Source: Pelagibacteraceae bacterium (lineage in GTDB: Bacteria; Pseudomonadota; Alphaproteobacteria; HIMB59; GCA-002718135). From it: DNA of 64,000 bases. Below, piece after piece: positions 56,222 through 64,000 of this stretch. The DNA lies in the NCBI GenBank assembly GCA_002717485.1, contig PBDW01000007.1, forward strand, positions 213,611-277,610. Direction: 5' to 3'. Numbering within the stretch: the stretch's first letter is position 1; each line of letters starts with the position of its first letter. The notes below the pieces were generated by a model. It saw nothing but the letters and a program-made list of their open reading frames with translations. It was not told the origin of the DNA and searched no databases. A program made the translations under genes and the position numbers.

Positions 56222-57490
56222 TTAATTTATAACTTTTATATTATTCATATATGGAATTAATGCATCTGGAACATTAAAACTTCCATCTTTATTCTGATAA
56301 TTTTCAATAATTGCAATTAATGTTCTACCCACAGCTAAACCAGAACCATTTAGAGTGTGTACAAATTTATTTGAATTACTTAATTTGTCTTTATACCTAC
56401 TGTTCATACGTCTTGCTTGGAAGTCTCTACAATTTGAACAACTAGAAATTTCTCTGTATGTATTTTCACTAGGCAACCAAACTTCAATATCGTAAGTTTT
56501 GCTTGAGGCAAAGCCTGTATCACCAGAAGATAAAGTTACAATTCTATAAGGTAAATTTAAAGTTTGTAAAATCGTTTCAGCACATTGCAACATACGTTCA
56601 AGTTCATCTGCAGATTGATTTTCCTTTGTTATACTAACAAGTTCTACTTTTGAAAATTGATGATGTCTTAACATCCCTCTTGTATCTTTACCAGCAGCAC
56701 CTGCTTCAGATCTAAAACATTGAGTAAATGCTGTAAATCTCATTGGTAAATTATCTTCATTAATAATTTTTTCCCTAACCAAATTAGTTAAAGTTACTTC
56801 AGCAGTTGGTATTAACCAAAGAGAATCTGAAACTGTAAACAAATCTTCCTCAAATTTCGGAAGTTGACCAGTGCCATATAATGAGTGAGATTTAACAATT
56901 ACCGGGGTATTAATTTCTGTATAACCATTTTTTTGAGTATGAATATCTAACATCAATTGCGCTATAGCCCTTTCAAGCTTTGATAAAATACCTTTTAATA
57001 TAACAAATCTTGATCCAGAAATATTAGATGCTGTTTCAAAATCCATAAGACCTAAATCTTCTCCTATTTCATAGTGTGTTTTTACTTTAAAATTAAATTC
57101 TTTAGTATTACCCCATTTCCTTATTTCTAAATTAGATTTTTCATTATCACCAATAGGAACATCATCATCAACTAAATTAGGAATATTACTTAAAATAGCT
57201 TTTAACTCATCATTTTTTATGTTTTCTAATTCTTTAATTGCTGACATTTCTTTTTTTAATTCTTCAATACGGGATAATTCATCACTAGAATCAACATTAT
57301 TTTTTTTTGATTCACCTATTTTTTTTGATAAAATATTTCTTTCTTCTTGAAGTTTTTGCAACATAGTTTGAGACTTCCTTTTTTCTGAATCAATTTTCAG
57401 TATAATCTCAGAAGTTGCCTTTAATCCTCTTTTTATTAAGGCATTATCAAATTCCTGAGGATGATTTCTTATATATTCTATATTATGCAT
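56222..57490 (-). CDS. serS: seryl-tRNA synthetase
   Basis: N-terminal coiled-coil arm and class II motifs (FRSEAG..GKDTRG, GSGLAVGRT). Confidence 0.95.
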   Translation of the reverse strand: MHNIEYIRNHPQEFDNALIKRGLKATSEIILKIDSEKRKSQTMLQKLQEERNILSKKIGESKKNNVDSSDELSRIEELKKEMSAIKELENIKNDELKAILSNIPNLVDDDVPIGDNEKSNLEIRKWGNTKEFNFKVKTHYEIGEDLGLMDFETASNISGSRFVILKGILSKLERAIAQLMLDIHTQKNGYTEINTPVIVKSHSLYGTGQLPKFEEDLFTVSDSLWLIPTAEVTLTNLVREKIINEDNLPMRFTAFTQCFRSEAGAAGKDTRGMLRHHQFSKVELVSITKENQSADELERMLQCAETILQTLNLPYRIVTLSSGDTGFASSKTYDIEVWLPSENTYREISSCSNCRDFQARRMNSRYKDKLSNSNKFVHTLNGSGLAVGRTLIAIIENYQNKDGSFNVPDALIPYMNNIKVIN

Positions 57491-58245
57491 TATTTATTTT
57501 TTTCTGACATTTTAGATAGATATATAGAAATCTCATATAACACTATAATTGGTAAAGCTAAACTTATTTGGCTAAAAGGATCAGGTGGTGTTAAAAAGGC
57601 AGCAGATAAAAATGCTAAAACAATAGCATATTTTCTAAACTTTCTTAAGGAAGTTGAATTGACAATTCCTACTTTTGTTAACAATGTTAATGCAACTGGA
57701 AGCTGAAAAGCTAAACCAAATGCAAAAATAAATCTCATCATTAATGAAAGATATTCACCCATTTTAGGTGCTAAAATAATTGGAACACCATCGCTAATAC
57801 TTGCATTTTGATAAGAAAGAAAGAATTGCCATGCAATTGGAGAAATAACATAATAAACCATAGAACCTCCTAAGAAAAAAAGCACGGGTGTAGCTATCAA
57901 AAAAGGTAAGAATGCTTTTCTTTCTTTTTTATATAAACCTGGCGCTACAAATTTCCATATTTGTATAGAAATTAAAGGAAATGAAAAAAATAATGCAAAG
58001 AAAAATGCAACTTTTAGTTCAGTAAAGAAAGCTTCTTGCAAAGCTGTATATATGAAACCTTGTCCGCTTTCTTCATCAAAAAGAGTTACTAAAGGTTTTG
58101 CAAGAAAATAAAATAATTCATTAGCAAAATAAAAAGAAATAATAAAAACAATGAATAAGCTTAAAAAGCTCCAAAGTAGTCTTTTTCTAAGTTCAACCAA
58201 ATGTTCAATTAATGACATATTAAAATTCTTTACTTCTTTTTTCAT
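57490..58245 (-). CDS. tatC: twin-arginine translocase subunit TatC
   Basis: LIEHLVELRKRL start, 6 TM segments, follows tatA and tatB. Confidence 0.92.
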   Translation of the reverse strand: MKKEVKNFNMSLIEHLVELRKRLLWSFLSLFIVFIISFYFANELFYFLAKPLVTLFDEESGQGFIYTALQEAFFTELKVAFFFALFFSFPLISIQIWKFVAPGLYKKERKAFLPFLIATPVLFFLGGSMVYYVISPIAWQFFLSYQNASISDGVPIILAPKMGEYLSLMMRFIFAFGLAFQLPVALTLLTKVGIVNSTSLRKFRKYAIVLAFLSAAFLTPPDPFSQISLALPIIVLYEISIYLSKMSEKNK

Positions 58246-58248
58246 AAA

Positions 58249-58575
58249 TTATTTTTTTTTATTATCTTCAATATCAATTTTATCATTTAATTTTTCAAAA
58301 GAAGAATTCACTTCTTTAAATTCCTCCTTTAATTCAGATTTTTCTATAATCTTCTCTTTAATTTTTTCTGAAGATATTTTATTAAAATTAATTTTATCAA
58401 TTTCACTATCTTTTACTATATTATTCATAGAGGTATTAAATTCTCTAGAAATTGATCTAATTTTTTTAGTAAATGAACCGAGATGTTTAATTAAAGAAGG
58501 TAATTCTTTTGGACCAATAACTATTATAACTACAAGTAAAACAATAAATACTTCTGGCCAACCTAAAGAAAGCAT
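58249..58575 (-). CDS. tatB: twin-arginine translocase subunit TatB
   Basis: N-terminal hydrophobic helix then GPKELP and an amphipathic region. Confidence 0.8.
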   Translation of the reverse strand: MLSLGWPEVFIVLLVVIIVIGPKELPSLIKHLGSFTKKIRSISREFNTSMNNIVKDSEIDKINFNKISSEKIKEKIIEKSELKEEFKEVNSSFEKLNDKIDIEDNKKK

Positions 58576-58581
58576 AAAAAT

Positions 58582-58785
58582 TTATTTTTTATCTTCAGAA
58601 TTATCATCTATGGTTGATTTATTCTTATTATCTTCATCTGAAGAATCATCAGAATTGTCCATACCTTTTTTAAAAGCTTTTACACCTTTTGCCATATCAC
58701 CCATCAATTGAGGGATCTTACCTCTTCCAAAAAGTAACAAGACGATAACAAGTACTATAATCAACTGCCAAATTGAAGGCGTCAT
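58582..58785 (-). CDS. tatA: twin-arginine translocase subunit TatA
   Basis: 67 aa. [19 protein letters not shown]...[13 protein letters not shown]. Confidence 0.9.
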   Translation of the reverse strand: MTPSIWQLIIVLVIVLLLFGRGKIPQLMGDMAKGVKAFKKGMDNSDDSSDEDNKNKSTIDDNSEDKK

Positions 58786-58905
58786 ATTTTCTCCTAAATT
58801 ATAACCTTAATAAACTATGTAAATATAAAAACAAATATTATTTATAATTATTTATTTAAGCAAAAGTGTTTAATTATTGGCTATATTTGTATTATTTGAT
58901 ATTTC

Positions 58906-59541
58906 TTAATTATTCGAGGATATAAAATCATCCAAATTATTATTTTCATCATCAGTATGATCTACGATTTCTTCAAAATTATCTTTAACTAAATCAGTAA
59001 TAGTAGATATTGCTGATCTTTTTTCCATAAAACCGCTTGCTTTTAATTCTTCTAATCCTGGCAAGTCTGAAATTTTCTCTAAGGAAAAATGATCTAAAAA
59101 ATTATCAGTAGTAGCCCATGTAACTGGACGGCCAGGGGTATTTCTTCTTCCTTTAGGTTTAATCCAACCAACTTCAATTAAAATATCTATTGAACCTCTT
59201 CCAGTTTGTACACCTCTTATATTTTCAATTTCTGCTCTAGTAATTGGTTGATGGTAAGCAATAATAGATAAAACTTCAATAGCTGCGCGAGAAAGTTTTC
59301 TTTTTTGTTTTTTTAAAATAATTAAATCTTGAGATAGATCTGTTGATGTTCTAAAAGACCATCTGTCGCCTGTTTTAATTAAATTAATTCCTCTTTCTTC
59401 ATATAATTTTTTTAAATCATTTAATAAATTTGTAATATTTGAATCATTAGATATTTTTTCTTTTAAGTCAGATTCATTTACAGGCTCGTTTGAACCAAAA
59501 ATAATTGCTTCTACAATTCTATGATCTTTTGTTGTGCTCAT
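58906..59541 (-). CDS. scpB: segregation and condensation protein B
   Basis: VEAIIFGSNEPV start, winged-helix repeats, EVLSIIAYHQPITRAEIE..RGV. Confidence 0.88.
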   Translation of the reverse strand: MSTTKDHRIVEAIIFGSNEPVNESDLKEKISNDSNITNLLNDLKKLYEERGINLIKTGDRWSFRTSTDLSQDLIILKKQKRKLSRAAIEVLSIIAYHQPITRAEIENIRGVQTGRGSIDILIEVGWIKPKGRRNTPGRPVTWATTDNFLDHFSLEKISDLPGLEELKASGFMEKRSAISTITDLVKDNFEEIVDHTDDENNNLDDFISSNN

Positions 59542-60284
59542 AATTTAGATTTTAAAAAAATAGGTCCATAAACATCATTTTGTTTTACATCTATTATACC
59601 ATTTTTTGTTAATTCTAAAGAGGCAACAAATGTTGATGAAATTGCAGACTTGTTTATTAAGTAATTTTGACTTGGTTCAGGAAGTATTCTTTTAAATTCA
59701 ACCCATTCATGATTATTTGTAAGTTTTCTTTTTAATCTATCTATGGCATCATCAACTGAATAAAGATCTGAAGATTCAATTTTCAAAGTAGTAACCTTAT
59801 CACGATTTATTTGACTACCATAAGCTTTGAGTAAATCAAATAATGTTGATGTGTATGTAACTTCGACTTTATACTTTATTTCATCATTGTTACCGCGATA
59901 AAAAAAATCCTTACCTTGTTGCGGAAGCATAAATAGTTTTTTAGAGGCATTTTGCATTGCTTCTAATCTTTTTAATTGAAATTTTACAGCCTCTTCAAGT
60001 TCTTCGTTAGAAGGCTCATAATCTGATTCCTTAGGAAGAAGGAGTCTAGATTTCAAATAAGTTAGCCATGCTGCCATAACTAAATAATCGGAAGCAATTT
60101 CTAAATTAATTTTATTAACTTTATTGATATAGGCTAAATATTGTTCTGCTAAAAGAAGGATTGAAATATTTGAAAGATCAACTTTTTGAGTTTTTGCAAG
60201 CTCTAAAAGTAAATCAATAGGACCTTCATAACCTTCTAGGCTTAGATTAAATTGCTCATTATCAGTTTCATTGAGATTATTCAT
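59538..60284 (-). CDS. scpA: segregation and condensation protein A (kleisin)
   Basis: FEGPIDLLLELAKTQKVDL start. 4-nt overlap with scpB. Confidence 0.88.
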   Translation of the reverse strand: MNNLNETDNEQFNLSLEGYEGPIDLLLELAKTQKVDLSNISILLLAEQYLAYINKVNKINLEIASDYLVMAAWLTYLKSRLLLPKESDYEPSNEELEEAVKFQLKRLEAMQNASKKLFMLPQQGKDFFYRGNNDEIKYKVEVTYTSTLFDLLKAYGSQINRDKVTTLKIESSDLYSVDDAIDRLKRKLTNNHEWVEFKRILPEPSQNYLINKSAISSTFVASLELTKNGIIDVKQNDVYGPIFLKSKL

Positions 60285-60339
60285 TTAAAATTATCAATAC
60301 AATATTTATATAAGATTCATTGCAAATCAATAATTTAGA

Positions 60340-60870
60340 TTAATTATTGATATTTTGCAGATTAACCACAATACAATTTATAGTTTTATTAAATAGATTA
60401 GCACAATTTAATATTGCATCATCCCTATTTTCATAAGTATTAAATAATAACATATAAAATGAGTCTAAATTTGTATTAATTTTAATAGTGAATAAATTTT
60501 TTTCAGCAAGATTGAATTTATTTATATAAAATAATTTTTGCTTAGATATATCATCAAAATTTATTGAGGCGAATAGTTGAATTGAATAATTAGAATCAAA
60601 AAGTATATTATTCTTACTTGAATCAATATTATCATTAATATGATTTTTTAAAATTGAAATATCATAATCTAAAATAATCTTCCCACCTGTATCATTAGGG
60701 ATTATAAAGAAATCATTTTTGACAGGCTCAATTATAAAATATTCTTTGTTAGTAAATATGAGGTTATTTATATAAAAAAAATATAGAGAAAAACTGGAAA
60801 TGAATAAAAAAGTGAATATATAAATTTTTTTTAAACTATTTTTCTTATAAAAGATTTTTTTTCGGAACAT
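60340..60870 (-). CDS. SPOR-domain membrane-anchored protein
   Basis: N-terminal TM segment. C-terminal YSIQLFAS...FNTYENRDDA resembles a SPOR fold. Conserved position after argS. Confidence 0.55.
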   Translation of the reverse strand: MFRKKIFYKKNSLKKIYIFTFLFISSFSLYFFYINNLIFTNKEYFIIEPVKNDFFIIPNDTGGKIILDYDISILKNHINDNIDSSKNNILFDSNYSIQLFASINFDDISKQKLFYINKFNLAEKNLFTIKINTNLDSFYMLLFNTYENRDDAILNCANLFNKTINCIVVNLQNINN

Positions 60871-62618
60871 TACATTCTATCAATTATTTTAATTCCCAAT
60901 ATTTTATATGCACATTTAAAAATATTTTGCATAGATTTGATAATATAAATTTTACATATAGTTTTTTCTAGGTTATTTTCATCAATAAATCTTAGACTTT
61001 TTTGTTCTTTGCCCAAATTCCAAAACGAATGAAATAATGCTGATAATTCTTCTAAATAATATATTAACCTATGTGGTTCAGATTTAATTGCGCAATTTTC
61101 AACTATGTGAGGCCAAGAAAGTAATTTTTTAATTATTTTCCATTCCTCTTTAACAAGATATTTATTGAAATTTTCTTTATTTAAATCAAAATTATTAGAT
61201 TTTTTTATTTTATCATTAAAAATTTCAATTAAGGAATTTGATCTAGCTAATGCATAGTTAATGTAAAAGATAGGATTGTCATTGTTTTTTTCAATAACTT
61301 TCGTAAGATCAAAATCCATTTGAGCATCATTTTTTCTTCGCAACATAAAATATCTTAACGCATCACTTCCAACTTGATCTGTTAATTCCTTTAATGTAAT
61401 GAAATTTCCTGTTCGTTTAGACATTTTAATTGGCTTATTATCTTTTTTTAAATGAACCAATTGACAAATATTAATTTCTAATTCAACTTCAGAATTACTT
61501 AATGATCTAACCATTGATTTCATTCTTTTCACATAACCAATATGATCTGAACCCCAAATATTAATTAACTTTTTATATCCTCTTTGTAATTTGTCATAAT
61601 GATAAGCCGAATCATTTGCAAAATATGTCCAATCATTATTAGATTTCTTAAATGGTCTATCTGATTCATCCCCAAATGAAGTGGATTTAAATAATAATTG
61701 CTTTCTAGATTCCCAATCTTCATCAATATTCCCTTTGGGCTTTTTTAGATTTCCTAAATATAATAAATCTTGATCTTTAAGTAATGAAAAGACTTTTTCG
61801 ATATAATTCTTTTTTATGATATCTTTTTCTGATGAGTATTTATCAAAATAAATACCTATGGAATTAAGATCATCATTTATGCCCTTAAGAATATTTTTTA
61901 TAGCATAATTTTGAAAATATTCAGCACGATCTTCTAAAGGTGTATTAATCCATTTATCGCCATCTGTTTTTATAATTTCATTGGCAATATCAATAAGATA
62001 TTTTCCTGGATATAAATGAATTTTTGCATCTTCATCTTTTATATTTAATTGTTCCTTGTAACGTTTATATAAAGATTCACCTAAGGCAATAATTTGTGAT
62101 CCAGAATCATTTACATAGTATTCTCTTGTTACTTCATATCCACAAAATTCTAATAAGTTTGAAAGAACATCACCAAAAACTGCTCCTCTTGAATGAGCTA
62201 CATGTAAAGGTCCTGTAGGATTAGCAGAAACATATTCAATATTAATTTTGCAATCTTTGCCGATATTGTTAGAACCATATTCAACACCCTGTGTATTTAG
62301 ATTTTTTAATTCATCAATTAAAAAATCATTTGTAAAAAAAACATTAATAAATCCAGGATTCACAACTATAACATCAAAAATAAAATCTATATTTAATAAT
62401 TTATCTTTAATTATATTAGCAAGATCCATAGTATTTAAAGATGAAAATTTTCGAAAAATTAATGCTGCATTAGTTGAGATATCGCCTCTATTTTCATCTG
62501 ATGGAATATCGATATTTATATTATTTAAATTAGTATTTTGATCTAATATTTTCTCATTAATAAGTTGATTACATATATTATTAATACAATTATGAAAATT
62601 TTTTACAATATTAGACAT
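60870..62618 (-). CDS. argS: arginyl-tRNA synthetase
   Basis: SANPTGPLHVAHSRG (HIGH-type) and MSKRTG. Start chosen at the ATG at 62618, 4 nt after the dgt stop. In-frame ATGs also occur at 62630 and 62645. Confidence 0.93.
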   Translation of the reverse strand: MSNIVKNFHNCINNICNQLINEKILDQNTNLNNINIDIPSDENRGDISTNAALIFRKFSSLNTMDLANIIKDKLLNIDFIFDVIVVNPGFINVFFTNDFLIDELKNLNTQGVEYGSNNIGKDCKINIEYVSANPTGPLHVAHSRGAVFGDVLSNLLEFCGYEVTREYYVNDSGSQIIALGESLYKRYKEQLNIKDEDAKIHLYPGKYLIDIANEIIKTDGDKWINTPLEDRAEYFQNYAIKNILKGINDDLNSIGIYFDKYSSEKDIIKKNYIEKVFSLLKDQDLLYLGNLKKPKGNIDEDWESRKQLLFKSTSFGDESDRPFKKSNNDWTYFANDSAYHYDKLQRGYKKLINIWGSDHIGYVKRMKSMVRSLSNSEVELEINICQLVHLKKDNKPIKMSKRTGNFITLKELTDQVGSDALRYFMLRRKNDAQMDFDLTKVIEKNNDNPIFYINYALARSNSLIEIFNDKIKKSNNFDLNKENFNKYLVKEEWKIIKKLLSWPHIVENCAIKSEPHRLIYYLEELSALFHSFWNLGKEQKSLRFIDENNLEKTICKIYIIKSMQNIFKCAYKILGIKIIDRM

Positions 62619-63738
62619 ATAACATTTCATATTTTTGTGTTGCATATCTATCAGTCATTCCAGCAATATAATCACACACTATTCTTTCTTTGCTCATTAA
62701 ATCAATTTTATTTTTCCAGTCATTGGGTAAAATATTAAAATTATCATCATAATAATCAAATAATTTAGAAAGTTTCATTTCTGATTCTTCCCTCTTTTTT
62801 ACTAAATTTTTATGATTATATACATTATCATATAAAAATATTTTTATTTCATTGCTGGAATTCATTAATTTATTAGACATTTTTACTAAAAAACTTGGAT
62901 ATTCAGTTATATTCTCAATAGAATTAATTTTATTATTTTTAATTTCATTTTTTGTTTCAAATACAATATCTTCAATCATATTATTTATACTAGATCTAAC
63001 AAGTTCACTAATTAATATATGATCATCTAAATTCTTATATTTATGGTTAATATTATTTAATATCTCTTTAAAATATCTGATTTCATTTAGTTGATCTATA
63101 TCAATTAATTTTGCTCTATATGCATCGTCAATATCATGATTGTTGTAGGCAATATCATCTGCTATTGATGCAACTTGAGCTTCTAAAGACGGATTTTTAT
63201 ATAAATTTAGATTATGTTTTTTATTATATTCAAATATAGTTTGAGGTATCTCATTTTTAAATTTACCGTTATGTTTAACAATACCTTCAAGACTTTCCCA
63301 AGTAAGATTCAAGCCATTAAATTCAGGATATTTTTTTTCTAAAAAGGTAATGATTCTTAAAGTCTGATCGTTATGATTAAACCCGCCATGATTTTCCATT
63401 TTTATGTTTAATGCATTTTCTCCATTATGACCAAATGGAGGATGACCTAAATCATGTGTTAATGCAATGCATTCACCTAAGTCTTCATTAAGATTCAAAA
63501 TTCTACAAATACTTCTGCTAATTTGTGATACTTCGAGAGTATGTGTAAGTCGCGTTCTATAATAGTCACTTTCACTTTCAATAAAAACTTGAGTTTTTTG
63601 TTTTAATTTTCTAAATGCACTACTGTGGATTACCCGATCTCTATCACGTTGAAATGGCGATCTGTTTTTAATATCTTCTTTTTCACTATAAAGTCTGCCT
63701 TTTGAATTATTAGGGTTAGATGATAAAAGATTTGGCAT
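62611..63738 (-). CDS. dgt: dGTPase-like HD-domain triphosphohydrolase
   Basis: FQRDRDRVIHS.AFR.L..KTQV and HDLGHPPFGH motifs. Confidence 0.88.
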   Translation of the reverse strand: MPNLLSSNPNNSKGRLYSEKEDIKNRSPFQRDRDRVIHSSAFRKLKQKTQVFIESESDYYRTRLTHTLEVSQISRSICRILNLNEDLGECIALTHDLGHPPFGHNGENALNIKMENHGGFNHNDQTLRIITFLEKKYPEFNGLNLTWESLEGIVKHNGKFKNEIPQTIFEYNKKHNLNLYKNPSLEAQVASIADDIAYNNHDIDDAYRAKLIDIDQLNEIRYFKEILNNINHKYKNLDDHILISELVRSSINNMIEDIVFETKNEIKNNKINSIENITEYPSFLVKMSNKLMNSSNEIKIFLYDNVYNHKNLVKKREESEMKLSKLFDYYDDNFNILPNDWKNKIDLMSKERIVCDYIAGMTDRYATQKYEMLYV

Positions 63739-63806
63739 AATATTATATTTTTATTTTTATTTTATATGTATAATATGAATATTATATACAAAATAAATCT
63801 ACAACA

Positions 63807-64000
63807 ATGAAAAACGATATTAATATAACCAAAAATGCTACTGAACAAATAAAAATATTGTTAGATAAAGAGAATAAACTAAATTCATACTTTCGAATAA
63901 AGGTTAATGGGGGTGGTTGTGCTGGATTTCAATATGATTTTTCATTTGTAAACGACAAAAACAAAGACGATTCAATATTAATTAAGGATAATGTTAAAGT
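63807..64000 (+). CDS. erpA: HesB/IscA-family iron-sulfur cluster insertion protein (ErpA-like), 5' fragment running off the window
   Basis: My own translation from the ATG at 63807: MKNDINITKNATEQIKILL...FRIKVNGGGCAGFQYDF. It is absent from the ORF track because no stop lies inside the window. Confidence 0.8.
   Translation, partial: MKNDINITKNATEQIKILLDKENKLNSYFRIKVNGGGCAGFQYDFSFVNDKNKDDSILIKDNVK

Noticed and set aside
57461-58711. Plus-strand ORFs 57461-57706 and 58151-58711 (186 aa) across serS/tatC/tatB/tatA
   Set aside because: They are antisense to four contiguous well-supported genes. The translation is Ser/Leu/Phe/Ile low-complexity.

Overview
This is a visibly AT-rich, tightly packed chromosomal segment with many 1-20 nt gene overlaps and few gaps over 150 bp. 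I call about 72 protein genes and 2 tRNAs. I saw no rRNA, no CRISPR array and no transposase. Several gene orders are typical of Alphaproteobacteria: rlpA-dac-tmk-holB-metG-tatD-MBL, argS-SPOR-scpAB-tatABC-serS-pcm, sdhE-recG, a DUF1476 zeta-like gene and DUF1192. The composition and compaction suggest a streamlined marine lineage (SAR11/Pelagibacterales-like); that is inference, not shown. Most of the window is housekeeping: gyrA, ssb, uvrA, recG, secDF-yajC, three aminoacyl-tRNA synthetases and a HAAT-type (liv-like) ABC importer. Three stretches look accessory. (1) 6428-11216 holds a Cre-like tyrosine recombinase next to a cytosine-5 methyltransferase, a putative restriction endonuclease, Vsr, a YkgJ-type Cys-cluster protein and a LysE exporter. 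(2) 19902-24847 holds a lipid-linked glycosylation module: a GT22 (Alg9/PIG-B-like) membrane mannosyltransferase, a DPM1-like GT2, an HDAC-fold deacetylase, a sulfotransferase and a 2OG-Fe(II) oxygenase. (3) 39647-44395 abuts the 3' end of tRNA-Lys and holds a UbiA-type polyprenyl-phosphate phosphoribosyltransferase-like gene, a 658-aa polytopic membrane protein, a GT4 and a methyltransferase. Modules 2 and 3 are my best candidates for an undescribed envelope-glycan system. All functional calls come from motif recognition by eye, with no database search.
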